Assembly (NCBI GenBank): GCA_030141605.1
Contig: JAQGDQ010000068.1
Span: 434,001 to 498,000 of the forward strand
Direction of reading: 5' to 3'
Length of the DNA stretch: 64,000 nt
Origin: Tubiluchus corallicola
Lineage: Eukaryota > Animalia > Priapulida
The position numbers and the translations under genes are program-made. Under the pieces are notes generated by a model. The model was given only the letters and a program-made list of their open reading frames with translations, made no database searches and was not told where the DNA came from. Shown piece by piece: positions 14,235 through 26,162 of the stretch; the stretch's first letter is position 1, and each line of letters begins with the position of its first letter.

Positions 14235-14776
14235 CTGTCACTGTCAAGCAATTTAAACTTAGTATTATCAAATTGTTTTGCGTTTTTGAATTTGCAAATT
14301 TTAATCCAGGTCTTTAAAACGAAGCCAGTTTGTCATGTGACCTAAGCTTTAGTTTAGTGGTGTACGCCACCTATCATTCACACCTGTATTTTATCATTAT
14401 GCGTAGATAGATTTTTCGTTGTCGTCATGCTAATCATGCCGTGAAGTTGTGCCTGAATTCTTATGCTAATTTTGTTGTCATTACTCATATTTTGTCCAGC
14501 CAAAGTTGTCACCAGTAAATGTAAGTCGCTATTTACTTTTATAATTAGTTAATAATTTAAAATCACAGAAATTGCTTCAAGTCACCAGAATCATAAAGCA
14601 ATAATTCGTTTCAGTCTTTTTAAATCAAATTTTTTTAGCATTGTCTGAATAGTAATTAATCTTTAGCAGGTTTTAAGTACTTTTTTGTGATATAACTAAT
14701 ATTTTAATAAATTGCAAGTCTATCGCACAGGTCATTGCTTGGGTTTCCCACTTTCTTTGCCTGGACCCGCTGCATC

Positions 14777-14804
14777 CACACACGCACGCATGCACGCACG
14801 CACG

Positions 14805-14845
<41 letters not shown>
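14777..14845. repeat. Compound (GCAC)n/(CA)n/(TA)n microsatellite
   Basis: Direct observation. Confidence 0.9.
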
Positions 14846-15399
14846 TAAAAATTAAAACAACATCGAGCATCATTTTTTAAACAATACCAAATATACATAA
14901 TTATATGCAATAAATTACAGCAAAGTGTATCAACTAATGCAGTAATTGGTTTCGCTGAGCAACGTAGCAATTTAACTTACATTCTTTTAGTGCAATTGTA
15001 ATACTTCGCTGTTTTGCAGGGTTTACAAACCGAATAAATGTGAACAAGATCGTACATTGTGTTTGCACTATACTTGATTTTAGTGCACAACGGGTAAACA
15101 GTGAAATTAATTCCAGAAAATAATTTGAGAGCCACGTCATAACATTAACTGCAAAACAAGAATGTTTTCAGCAAGCTGAACAGCGAGCAATATATCTCAT
15201 CACAATTTCCTGCTAAGGATCAACAAAGATAATACTCCTAGATTGATATAATTGATGCTTAAAGTAACTTGAAAATACTAATTTGCGAGAGCGTTCGTGG
15301 CTCTCAGCCGTTTTTCTAAGCCAAATAATCTTAAACAATTAACACCAATGGTCATTCAACGTTACTTCTGGGATAAGATTGAAGTTTGTGGAATAGTTT

Positions 15400-16100
15400 A
15401 TTTTAGAATATATAAGACCTTGCATGAGTACGGCAGTCACATCTTGGCTGAGCTGGGCTGGGCTGAGCAGCTTGTTACTTTAACTCATTTGGGATGATTG
15501 ACAGATTGCGAAGGCGCATTCTTAAGACCACTACTAAAGAATTAGAAGAGAGCATTTCTAGTATACACTCAAAATATTAAAACCAATTCAGATATTATGA
15601 AACAGAAATTTATCCAAAAGGATAATCTTTCATGAAGACAAACCAGACTTGTCATAATTATGAACATGTATTGTATATGCCTTGTGTAAAAACCAAGCGG
15701 TATTTAATCAACGCGTGGAAACACGCACACGTCACTCCTCTCCTCTAGTGATATCGACAATCGTATTCTAACATTCTTAAAAGCTAACATGAACTCCTAC
15801 ATATCCCATAGGTGGTACAGTCGTTTACAAAATCTGCGACAACTGATATTGTAATCGCAGCAACAAATGATTCATTGAATCGTGTGATATCTCGTGCACC
15901 ACTTGATGTGAATTTTCGAGCATCTGAAACATCGGCTATCAGTTTTTCAACAGGATAGGGCAATTTTGTTCAACCGGCATATATAGGTAGTGGACTTTGT
16001 GCCTGTGGACATGGAGCATCAAAACAGCTGAACATTTATATCTGCACTGTGGCCTTATAAGCCAAAAAAGTGACTAAACTTCGAAAAAGAATTAGTAGAT
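15400..16100 (+). mobile_element. Highly decayed CR1-like LINE 3' fragment
   Basis: ILAELGW at ~15440, and SGLCACGHG followed after a frameshift by TAEHLYLHC at ~15990-16050, matching the C-terminal CxC...H...C motif of invertebrate CR1-group ORF2. Confidence 0.5.
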
Positions 16101-17439
16101 CGCACTATTTCCGATTACATACTACGAAGCAAAATTTTATTTGATGCGTTTGTAACAATGGAAAAGAAAATTTTATTGTTGTTTTATGTTTAATTGATCA
16201 GCTGTATTTGCTGTACTGCTGTGCTGCTGCTACTAATTAATCTGCTGCACATTTTATTACTGTACTGAAATTTTCAGTGTTATGACTTATTATGTGTTAT
16301 GTTAGGCCTAGATTTGCTCACGTAAATGCACACTCTCCCTATAATCATTATCATAAATATCAGTTTCTAGGTTGACTATGTCTTTGGCATATTGTGTAAT
16401 GATATTGATAGCGGCAAATGTATTTTTCTGGCTATAATTTTTGACTATCTCAGTAACATAGTAAGTTAAAAATTGCCAGGAACTAGAGGCCCATTTATGT
16501 ATTTATGATATTTGTACAGTATGGTGTAAAATTATTGAGCATGCACTTATCTTTCGATGTAAATGATAGTCTATGTTCAGTCAGAACAGACTCGAACATA
16601 TCTCTGACATTAGTCAAATGAAAAGAATATCATCAATCCACCGACCTCCTATATGCCAATACCGAACATCAGAATCTTTTAGACAAATGAACTGCATGCG
16701 CCACTGATGAGTGCACTGCGCTTTAGTCTCAAGGATCGAATCGCATTCCCTCTGCCTCTCGTGTCCAAAAACGCCTAAATGGCTCGAGACTGCCTTTCCT
16801 TCACAAGAGATACATAAAAGCGAGAACACTTTAATAACCTCCTCCTGCTTTGTAAATCTGTAGATTTGATGATGGACGTTGTCAAAGTGTTTTTGACATA
16901 CAGTGTGTGCTTGTCTTTCTTTGGCTTCCATGCTGTTATTTTATTAATTTTAAAACAGCGATAATTTTGTTACGCGGTTCGTACCAGAAAATTTCAACAA
17001 CTTTCGCGCGGGTACTCCTCGCTTAGTAAATTTAACAACTAGTAGAAGTAATACATAAATCTACATAAACAATGTTTGCAAAATTATTATGTTATAGTGA
17101 CTTCGTATGAGTAGGTACAAAAACCAAATGATGAATCTTTACTGGTATTATATAGTTTAGACAATTTAGAAAAAAATGTTCATATGTTTTAAGAGAGACA
17201 CTGTAAGAATCATAAGGTGATACTAGAGATTATTATTATTAATCATGTATCTTTATTTTTTCAATTTTTGAGTAGCAGGTCATAATTTATCTCACTGTGC
17301 ACATGCGCGTGTATTGAACTGAACTAGGCCTTTTACCGTAAGAAAAATGATTTGAATGTTTTCGAAAATCTAAGTACTTCTTCAGTTCCAGTTTAAATTT
17401 CTATAAAGATCTTATTTCACGTATAGATAGATAGCTGTG

Positions 17440-18960
17440 TCCACAGATCAATGGACGAAAGAAAACGATTTTTTAAAAGTTAACGTGTCGAAGTTAAAAT
17501 TCCTGTAATTTTCAGCATTGCACAAGGGACAAGTTGTAATGTTTCTAACTTGCAATGGTAAGATTCTACATAAATAAGACAGAGCAAAATTATTAGCAAT
17601 TTTAAAGAACATACGCAAACGATGAAATTTAAAACGTTTTTCTAACAAGGTAAAACCACAATCTTTAAGAACAAGTTCTGGCAAAGATCTAAGCATGGCA
17701 CCTATGTAAATTCTGGCAGCACCCAACTGCACGTTTTCTAGTAGTTTCTGATTGTAGTTTTGGCATACCGACCAAAATCATAAATCCACATTCAATTGCT
17801 GGTAAGATGGTGCTATTATAAAGTTTTCACATGTCGCACGAGTAAACAGTGGTTTACGTATCGTAAGTTATCCAGATTTCGGTTTGTTTTTTTTCTATAA
17901 TTTTACTGATATAAAGGGACCAGCTCAGATCATTTGCAATCACATTGCCGAGATTCTTCTGGCATAAGTTTTTTTGGGATTGAAAAATTGAGTCAGCTTT
18001 CCAAAAATTGCATTATTGTCGCAAGAATAAATCTGTGGTAATGTTCCAAAATCAATGAAGCATCCAAATAATAAGTGATATTATGAGATCAAGAAAAGAT
18101 TTAGATCAACCAAGCTCTTGTTAACTAGTGTTGGTTCGTTAATAAGCTGGATTAATTGATTGTAAATTGGTATAATTTTTGACCAATTGTGTTCTCCCTC
18201 GCTTCGCACTCGCCTGCGAAAATAATGTAATGTGGTTGATTCAATGTTTAAAAGATTGTCAGATGAGTGAGATGACTCTTTGTAACTTTTCTATATTTCG
18301 TAGTCTTGATGGGATACCTGTGAGGGCGAAAGATAACATAAGCACATACAAATACTACTAGCTTTTAATTGAATCTCAAACCACAAAAACTCGTAGCAAT
18401 TTTGAGGTATAATATGATAACGAACCTTAAAAGTAATAGGAGTTGTAATATAAAAAGCAATTTCGCCCCCATTTCTATCTCGACCTTTCCTGTCTGGCGC
18501 TTGATAACCCGGTATTATGATTTGATCATCTTTAGTTGACGGAAATGTGATCGAACCGTGTTTCTGTCAGTAGAACCGCATCATGGTGTTTCTCGTTAGT
18601 TAATATCTTAAGTTCGTCCACCTTAAAAGTCTCGTTGTTGGCAAGAAGTCTTCTTACGTTTGCGTCGAGGAAGAAAAAACACTTCTAACTAGTTGTGTCT
18701 TTGCACTGACTGTGTTTATTTAACACGTTGAAAGATCGGAGACTCACCTGTTTTTGCGTACGGCTTCTTCATACTTTAGACACATTTTACTCCACGCCAC
18801 ATGTCCACCTTCGCAGTTATTAGACTTTTGAAGTTTCGGATTCACAGGACTCGGTTTTGTGCTTTTGCGAACACTTCCCACAGACAGGGTGTTATTTTTC
18901 CATGCTGTTTAATTAAGCCTATTTATGATAACGATTGCAGAATAAATCAAACACATTGAC
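17440..18960 (-). mobile_element. Decayed, internally deleted CR1-group LINE: ORF1 zinc knuckles, APE endonuclease N-terminus, ORF2 C-terminus
   Basis: Manual translation: CGKCSQKHKTESC and (S)NNCEGGHVAWSKMC at ~18770-18885; ANVRRLL...KVDELKIL...DAVLLTETRF...IIIPGYQAPDRKGRDRNG at ~18460-18665; QLGAARIYIGA...RLRMFFKIANNFALSYLCRILP...TFKKSF at 17448-17732. Confidence 0.7.
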
Positions 18961-20546
18961 TGAGAGGAAAGAAGTGTGAACTAATGTGAAATGTGTACTA
19001 AACATGGGTTAAACCAATGATCTTAAAACTACAATGACAACCTGCCTATGTGATCAAGACAGGTTATAATAGTGAATGATCCAACGCTTTTTGTTTTTTA
19101 TTGATTGTTTTTTACTCACACCAGTGTACACATTATGTTTTTCCGTCCTATGTTTGGATCAATGTCCTACGTTTTATTTGTTTCGCTTAAAATATATTAG
19201 AGGGCGACAGCTAATACCCATGCACCCCACATGGCTAATGGCTTACGCAATAACTCATAATGAAGATGAATACAAATGCGGGCAGTCGGAGCACATTAAA
19301 TGAAACTTTACATGTCACTAATAGTCCCACCTACCTAGGCAAACTTCAGTTATTTGTATTACTGAAGCCCCTACGACATCGGATCACGCATTAACAGTTT
19401 GTTTAATTATACAGAAATGACGGTCGTGGAGTATGCGTATTAGAATGTAAGTAAAATGGTACAGGAAAAAATGACACTGGTAAAAATGGCATACGAAAAG
19501 CAGGAAAAATTGCACATATGTTATTTTGATGCTAATAATTTTTATAATAAAACTAGGATGCGATCAACCAAGATCGAAAAATCCTAAACATGTTCGTCTG
19601 GCTCTTTTGATAGAAAAACGTAAAACAAAGATAAACAAGCGAACATGCAAAAAATACTTGTTTAAGTAGTATATACACTAGCAAAAGACTGACAAAGTAC
19701 TTTGTTCATTAAGCAGAATTTTAATCAGTACTGCACGAACACTCAACTTAGTACTTGTCTACATTTTTTAGCCATTTTTGTCGATATTAATAGACTGACA
19801 AGTATATTCCCGTACAATGTCAGCTTTTAAGACTACATGTATAAACAAATGTTATAGAGAGCGTAACACAGGTTTCCAAACGAAAGTTTCTTGAAATTAA
19901 CCTGTAACAAACTCGTAGTTGTTTGGCATGGTGGAGATAATAATTACTCGTATCTTGTGGCCAATCCCTCCTGTTTCCAAAGAGCTATAACACACCCTGA
20001 AAGACCTCCCCAATGTGCTTCATGAATGTTTTTTTGTACTTGGTGTTTGGTCAACTTTTGTGAAAAAAAGAACGGGCACTTTCTGTTCAGCTGATGAGGC
20101 CCGCTAGCTTGAAAGTTACTTAAATAAATATTATCATCTTTGAGACTATAAAGGCATTACGTTTTTCTCTTTCAAGTATACTGCACAAAATTTAATTTCA
20201 CCCACCACGACAGTGTAATCTTTCGTTTATATGTTGTTCAAAATAGGTTTCAAGCAGATCGTGACATATTACTATATGAGAAGACATGCTGCTCAGAACT
20301 GCTGTGCATTTGTGCTGTTTCAGAACATTGTTAGTGTTTTTTAAGATGTTAATGTAGACATTGTTGGCAGCTTACAAGCTTTTAAAGTCCAGTCACATTT
20401 TGAATGCAATTGTTGCACTTAGTTAGTGGCAGTCTCGTGTACTTTACTTTCAACAAAATGCTCAATTAAGGAGCAATGTTTTGTCATGTAAGGAGAGGAA
20501 AAATTAACAGTCAGTGAGATAACACATGTAGGTGCCCAAACAATAC

Positions 20547-20683
20547 CTATGACTATGACTATGACTATGACTATGACTATGACTATGACTATGACTATGA
20601 CTATGACTATGACTATGACTATGACTATGACTATGACTATGACGATTACCATGACCATGACCATGATCATGATCATGACCATA
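20547..20683. repeat. (ATGACT)n hexanucleotide repeat with degenerate 3' flank
   Basis: Direct observation; source of the VI- and HS-repeat ORFs. Confidence 0.95.
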
Positions 20684-21592
20684 ACTGTGAGTACGACTGT
20701 GATTATGATGTGACAATATTTATGACAACGACCATGGAGACAAATCGTAGTAATAGTTATGTAAGGCTTGCACATTAAGCATCAGAATCAATTGGTTAGA
20801 CTAGGAACCTAAGTATTCGAGGTCAGGTTCCTTATTCAACTGGGCTGTTGCATAAACCTTGTTTGTTTTACAAGACAAGCGGCGACACGATCTGAATAAG
20901 AATCACAAAATAAAGCACGATATGCATATATAATGGTGTTTTATGTACATTACGCATTACATTGCACACTATTGTAAGTTCTTTGTTTTATTTTTCAGTT
21001 ACAGTCCAGTTGGCTCAAGAACTGATAATGAAAAATATACTGGAATGATACATTCACCAAACAACAAAATTGCAAAGTCTGCGAAGAAGAACGCAAAGCA
21101 CATTAATTACGTGTAAACTTTGTATAATGTGACAATCAAACTTATTCTTTGTATATATAACCAAGTTATCTTATTATTACTATTAACACTGTTATTTTGA
21201 CTTATAATCTCGCCAAACATGTTTTATTTTTGCTTAATGTTTTCGAAAAATAAAACCGCGAGTAATCTAAAAATTAACAAGACGTCACAAAAACATTTTT
21301 AGTCAATAATACCTGCCACAGTAATGTTATAAGTGCTAATTGCATGCTAATGATCAATAATGAGTGAACATGTTTATGCATAAAATAACGGACGTCCCAA
21401 AAACGGTGAAAAAAATTATTAAAAATATATTAACAATTCGGTGCGGTAGTGATATTGTAATATGAAGGCATCATTTTTCCCTTTTTTAACTTGTTACTTA
21501 CTAGACAGTATTAGTGTACAGATATTATAACTTTAAAAATTGCCATATGGCCGCACCAAAAATGATAGTTTTCTAGGCCCTGGTTGTGAAGT

Positions 21593-21708
<116 letters not shown>

Positions 21709-23645
21709 GAGCTCTTAATACATCTGTAAAGAAACGTTGTACATCCGAAGTTATAAAAGGCGCAATGGATTCCATGTTGACTATTGGACCAAATAAATCC
21801 TAACAGAGCTTCTTCAGCTCGACAAGAAAGTGAGTGTTATTAGTGCAGCTCTCCACACCTCCCCTTTGTTGGCAGCATTTGTTAAAAGAAGTTCTGTTTG
21901 CAAACATTGTGCATTTATAAGGAACCTTGGTTAATTTTGTTAGGGTTATTAAAAAAATTGTTCCAGTTATTTAACCTGAACTTGAAATCACTACATTAGA
22001 CTAGGCTGGGCTGAGTTAAATTAACTTAAGCTAAGGCATTTTGGAGCGGACCCTGCTTCTCTGTATCCGCTAACGAATGTAGTATCTTCGTCATTGATTT
22101 TGGCTAATTAGGTAAGCTACTAAATTAGTTTAATAGGCTACTAATCTTTTTCTTTAAACGTTTAGCTTTCGTTTCTTTCGACATAAACTGTAGGGAGAGA
22201 ACTGTTACGGTTTTGCTGGGTTGTGCAGAGGGGCGGTCTACGTGCAAAAAGCACATGTGACCCGAACGGGGGGGGGGGGCTAAAGAGCCCGTGCTTTTCT
22301 GGACGCGTGGGTTTGGGGTTTGAAACTACTAAGTCGTAAAGACAAAAACTTATTAAGTTCCGCTGTAAATTTCCAGCATGGGCAACATGTTTAAATATGT
22401 CCTTTTTTAGTAGCCTAAAAAGTGGTCGCCCAGAAGAATGTTCAAAGGCCCCAAATCTCACAAGACTACTTGGCTCTAGAGACTAAACGCGTTGGTTTAC
22501 TGCCAATTACTGGCTTGTCCAGGCTTGGTCGAATATCGGTCAACGGCTACACTACTATAGAAGCGATATATATTACAGAAATTTGAATAGAACTTTTTAT
22601 TTGGTTATGCAAAGAGAAAGCAAAAAATTTTATTTTCCCGATATATCGTCTAATCGGCTTTATAAAACATTGTAACAACTGCCAAAGCAAAAAAAAGTTT
22701 CTACATATAGATTATTTGTACATATTAAGTATGTTTGAAAAAATTTTCTTTCTTGGTAGCAATATTGAGACTTGATAAGACCGGTTAAGGGAAATGCAAC
22801 TCGAAATTTCTCTAAGTTTGCATTCTAATGAAATAAATTTAATGTTTTTTAACATTATTTTAACATTATATAAATCATGAAATTTTTATAACACAATGCT
22901 GAGACTCTACATAGACGTGCTAAAATATCACAGAATTCGGCAAGTGATTTGCCCCATTTTTCAATAGTGACGTTTTAAAATAAAAATTATAGACTTTGTA
23001 GTATTTCTTAATTTTCCCATAACACCCAAACAATAGCTCAATAATCGCTTTGCAGTGGTTATTTTTGTTAGCCAGGTTACTTGGGAAAAACAGCTCCAAC
23101 AGAAAATACCTTGCGATACTAGCAAAATATAAATAATACAACAACAAGTGAAAACTTTGTTCGCTTGACAGTAAGCAGAAAGAAATTTAACAGTCTATCA
23201 GAGTTTCAGGAATCTTGCTGATAAAACCACTTGGGAATTATCTAAATAAAACGCCCTTTAAACAGTTAGCAGAGCCGTCTAATTGCAGAGCGAGCAAAAT
23301 TTATTAAGCTATGTGCCAGTAAAATTCTTTGCTTTCGTAAATCTCTTCACTGATTACTAAACTCGGTTATTTTGCAACTCAAATGACAGTTTAATGATAC
23401 TGCCTAAGCGTTCACGTAAAACTTTAGGCGCTCAGAGCTGCATATTTCATTAAGAAGAGCGAATTAAATTGCCTCGCCATCACAAATTTCAAACAAAATC
23501 CCATAAATTTAAGGAAAAACACGGTCCTGTGTAGTATCTTTACGCTTCACGACTCTAACTGTATCTTAAGTGCGTAACTAGTGGAAAAATCATTAGTCCG
23601 GTAATCAACATATTTGCATTTTCAGTCACAAAACCCTTTGCAATA

Positions 23646-24052
23646 CAGGGTGTACCAGAAGTCTGGAATCATAGCTTGTTATTACTCCTGATCATGCTGC
23701 GATGGATGTACAGAGCGTTTGAGAGAATCAGAATTGGTGCTTAAATGCATGAGCGATGATGGTATGTAAAGTATGGATGACGAAGAAATATCGCGTTGGG
23801 ATGAGAAGTAGTAGAAAACTGGGACGAATGCAAAAACGAAACAACTTGACTTGAGCATGGTTGGGTTGACTGGAAACTTACGGGCTTTAGTTTCAAACAG
23901 TTAATGGGTTTTGAGAGTCGACTCAACCTGTGTATTGGGAAAGACTACGGTCGAAAACCTAAGAATCTTGAATAAAAATTGATATTGTGTGCCATTACAA
24001 AATGCTAACAAACTTGAAAATAAATTTCTTTCCAGATTTCTGGGGCAGCATG
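23646..24052. mobile_element. Tc1/mariner-type MITE
   Basis: Imperfect TIRs CAGGGTGTACCAGAAGTCTGGAA (23646-) and TTCCAGATTTCTGGGGCAGCATG (-24052), each flanked by TA. Confidence 0.55.
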
Positions 24053-25832
24053 TACGACTGTTTGCTAGGTAAAAAACAAAATATGAGGATCAATGAAAAT
24101 TATGAGGAAACGAAAGTAGGCATAAAATAGTTAGCACTTTTGTCAGAAAGAAACCTCAATTTAATTAAAAGGGTAACACAATGGTATTAATATTATGTTG
24201 AGCTTCGTTTTTCATTTTTCTGCAGTATTCACCGCTAGCAAGGTTCGGTCAATTAGTGAAGAATATTGAAGCAAAATGTATCTATGCCTAATTATGTAAG
24301 AGATATACGAACATTTGATGAAAATACTAGTTGGACGATGCTACGTCATAGCGAGAAACCAAATACAGCTTGTTTTGTTGTTTTGTCGTGGAAAACTAGA
24401 CAGAGAAACCTGAGTACATGACCTAGATGGTTTTCATGTGGTATGTACCCAAGCATTAAATAGATTATCTTCTGTATATATTCTAGATGTACTTTAGGCC
24501 TATATGGCTTATGCGGTCACGTTTACCCCAATGATAAAAAACAGTTCTAAATCTCATAGTATCAATACCCTTTCTCTTTTTATAATTGATAAATTGACAA
24601 AACACAATAGGAATGATGAAAGATCGTTCTAGACTATTATATTTACAAGTATTAAGTACTATATTTTTTGCATTTAATAATTCTATCCAACAAAAAAGTA
24701 AGCCGGTAAGTAAGATAGTAAGTCAGTCAAGAAGTAATTCAGTAGCTAGGAAAAATGCTATGACAACTTTACAAACAACATAACACAAGACAGTAATTTC
24801 ATTTAAACAGGGAATGCTAATAGTAAAAAAAATAAAAATACCCGAGAATTATGCTGCTGATGAAATAAATTTTCAGAGCTGCTTTAAAGGTTTGAAACAA
24901 AACTAAACTGAAAGGAAGACAATGAAAAGGAAGCAAGCAAAGCCTAGTTGAACCAAGAATTTCCCAAAGCCAAATCCAAAATCACGATGCCAGTACGGGA
25001 CGTTTCCTAACATCTTCTCATCAACTAATTAGCGCAGCACCTTCTCTCCTAGCTAGATTTTTCATTTGGTGATTTACAAGCAGAGGTGACCCATTTTCAC
25101 AATTTGGGCACTTTCTCGTGAAACATGCTCATTTTTTTCGAAAACATTTTACGCACTTCAGCAACTTGCACGTAAAAAACTTTCAGCTGTGTCATTAGCT
25201 TCTATCACCTGATTTAGCAGCACCCATTCGTAAAAATATGAACCAGACTCAAAATCTTGAGAGAAGTTCGACAATAATTGAAAAGAAACCGACCAATTCC
25301 AACCCAGTCACATTTTGCCTTTATTCGTGGAATCCAGCCTTACATGTTTTCTGTACTTTTTATCCACACCATCGCTGTAGTTATACAAAAAATGATTTGC
25401 CCACACCCAGTACCATAAAAGTGGCTGAGTGACAAAGCCAACGCCACAATTTCTAGTTTTTGATCTCAAATTCGAGTATTGGCATAAATACTAACAACTA
25501 CGTAAAATTTAAACATGGCACAAAAACCATAGGAGTCACTTGAGCGTAATCGCTAGCCTGTGTCCACTCATCTTGACCCTTTGACTCAAGGTCAAATGTC
25601 AGTACACCATTAAACCCTTACCCATATGTCTGTCCAACAAATTTCATAAATTCTGTACTTTTGAGGTACTTCGTGTCTCAGATTTTGAGGTAAGTAAACA
25701 GATTGTGAAATGCGTACATCAAATCCACGAAGAAATCCAATAATGGAAGAGTCCTCTTATACATCAGAGGGAAAATACACCCAAAAGCAACGATAAGTCC
25801 ATCCACATTGAAGAATCAATAAGCAAAGAGAG

Positions 25833-25835
25833 ACT

Positions 25836-25900
<65 letters not shown>
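25833..25900. repeat. (GA)n microsatellite
   Basis: Direct observation. Confidence 0.95.
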
Positions 25901-25903
<3 letters not shown>

Positions 25904-26162
25904 AATTGTCAACGACTGCTGGTCAGTTGGTACAATGACCGCCTTATGTTAAGGTCTACCTTCATTAACAAAAGGAAAGTAGATAATGAAGGTGCATTTG
26001 AAGATTTATAGTTGTACTTTACTTCACGCAGGAAAATGATTATCAAAATTTGGAAAAATTACTTAACCAAAAACAAAAACTGCGAAACTTTGACAAATCA
26101 TCTATACTTTACTTAACACTGCTGTAAAATGACTATTTTAAAAGTTTCAAAAACCATGTTTC

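Noticed and set aside
16614-16931. 105-aa minus-strand ORF
   Set aside because: No recognisable motif or convincing splice context.
20086-20130. Hammerhead-ribozyme-like core CTGATGA-GGC...GCTT-GAAA
   Set aside because: Stem II is marginal and the bases after the putative cleavage triplet do not pair with those before CTGATGA (no stem I); at best a decayed Penelope-type remnant.
20419-20775. VI-repeat and HS-repeat ORFs resembling membrane or metal-binding proteins
   Set aside because: Translations of the (ATGACT)n repeat, with no flanking coding signal.
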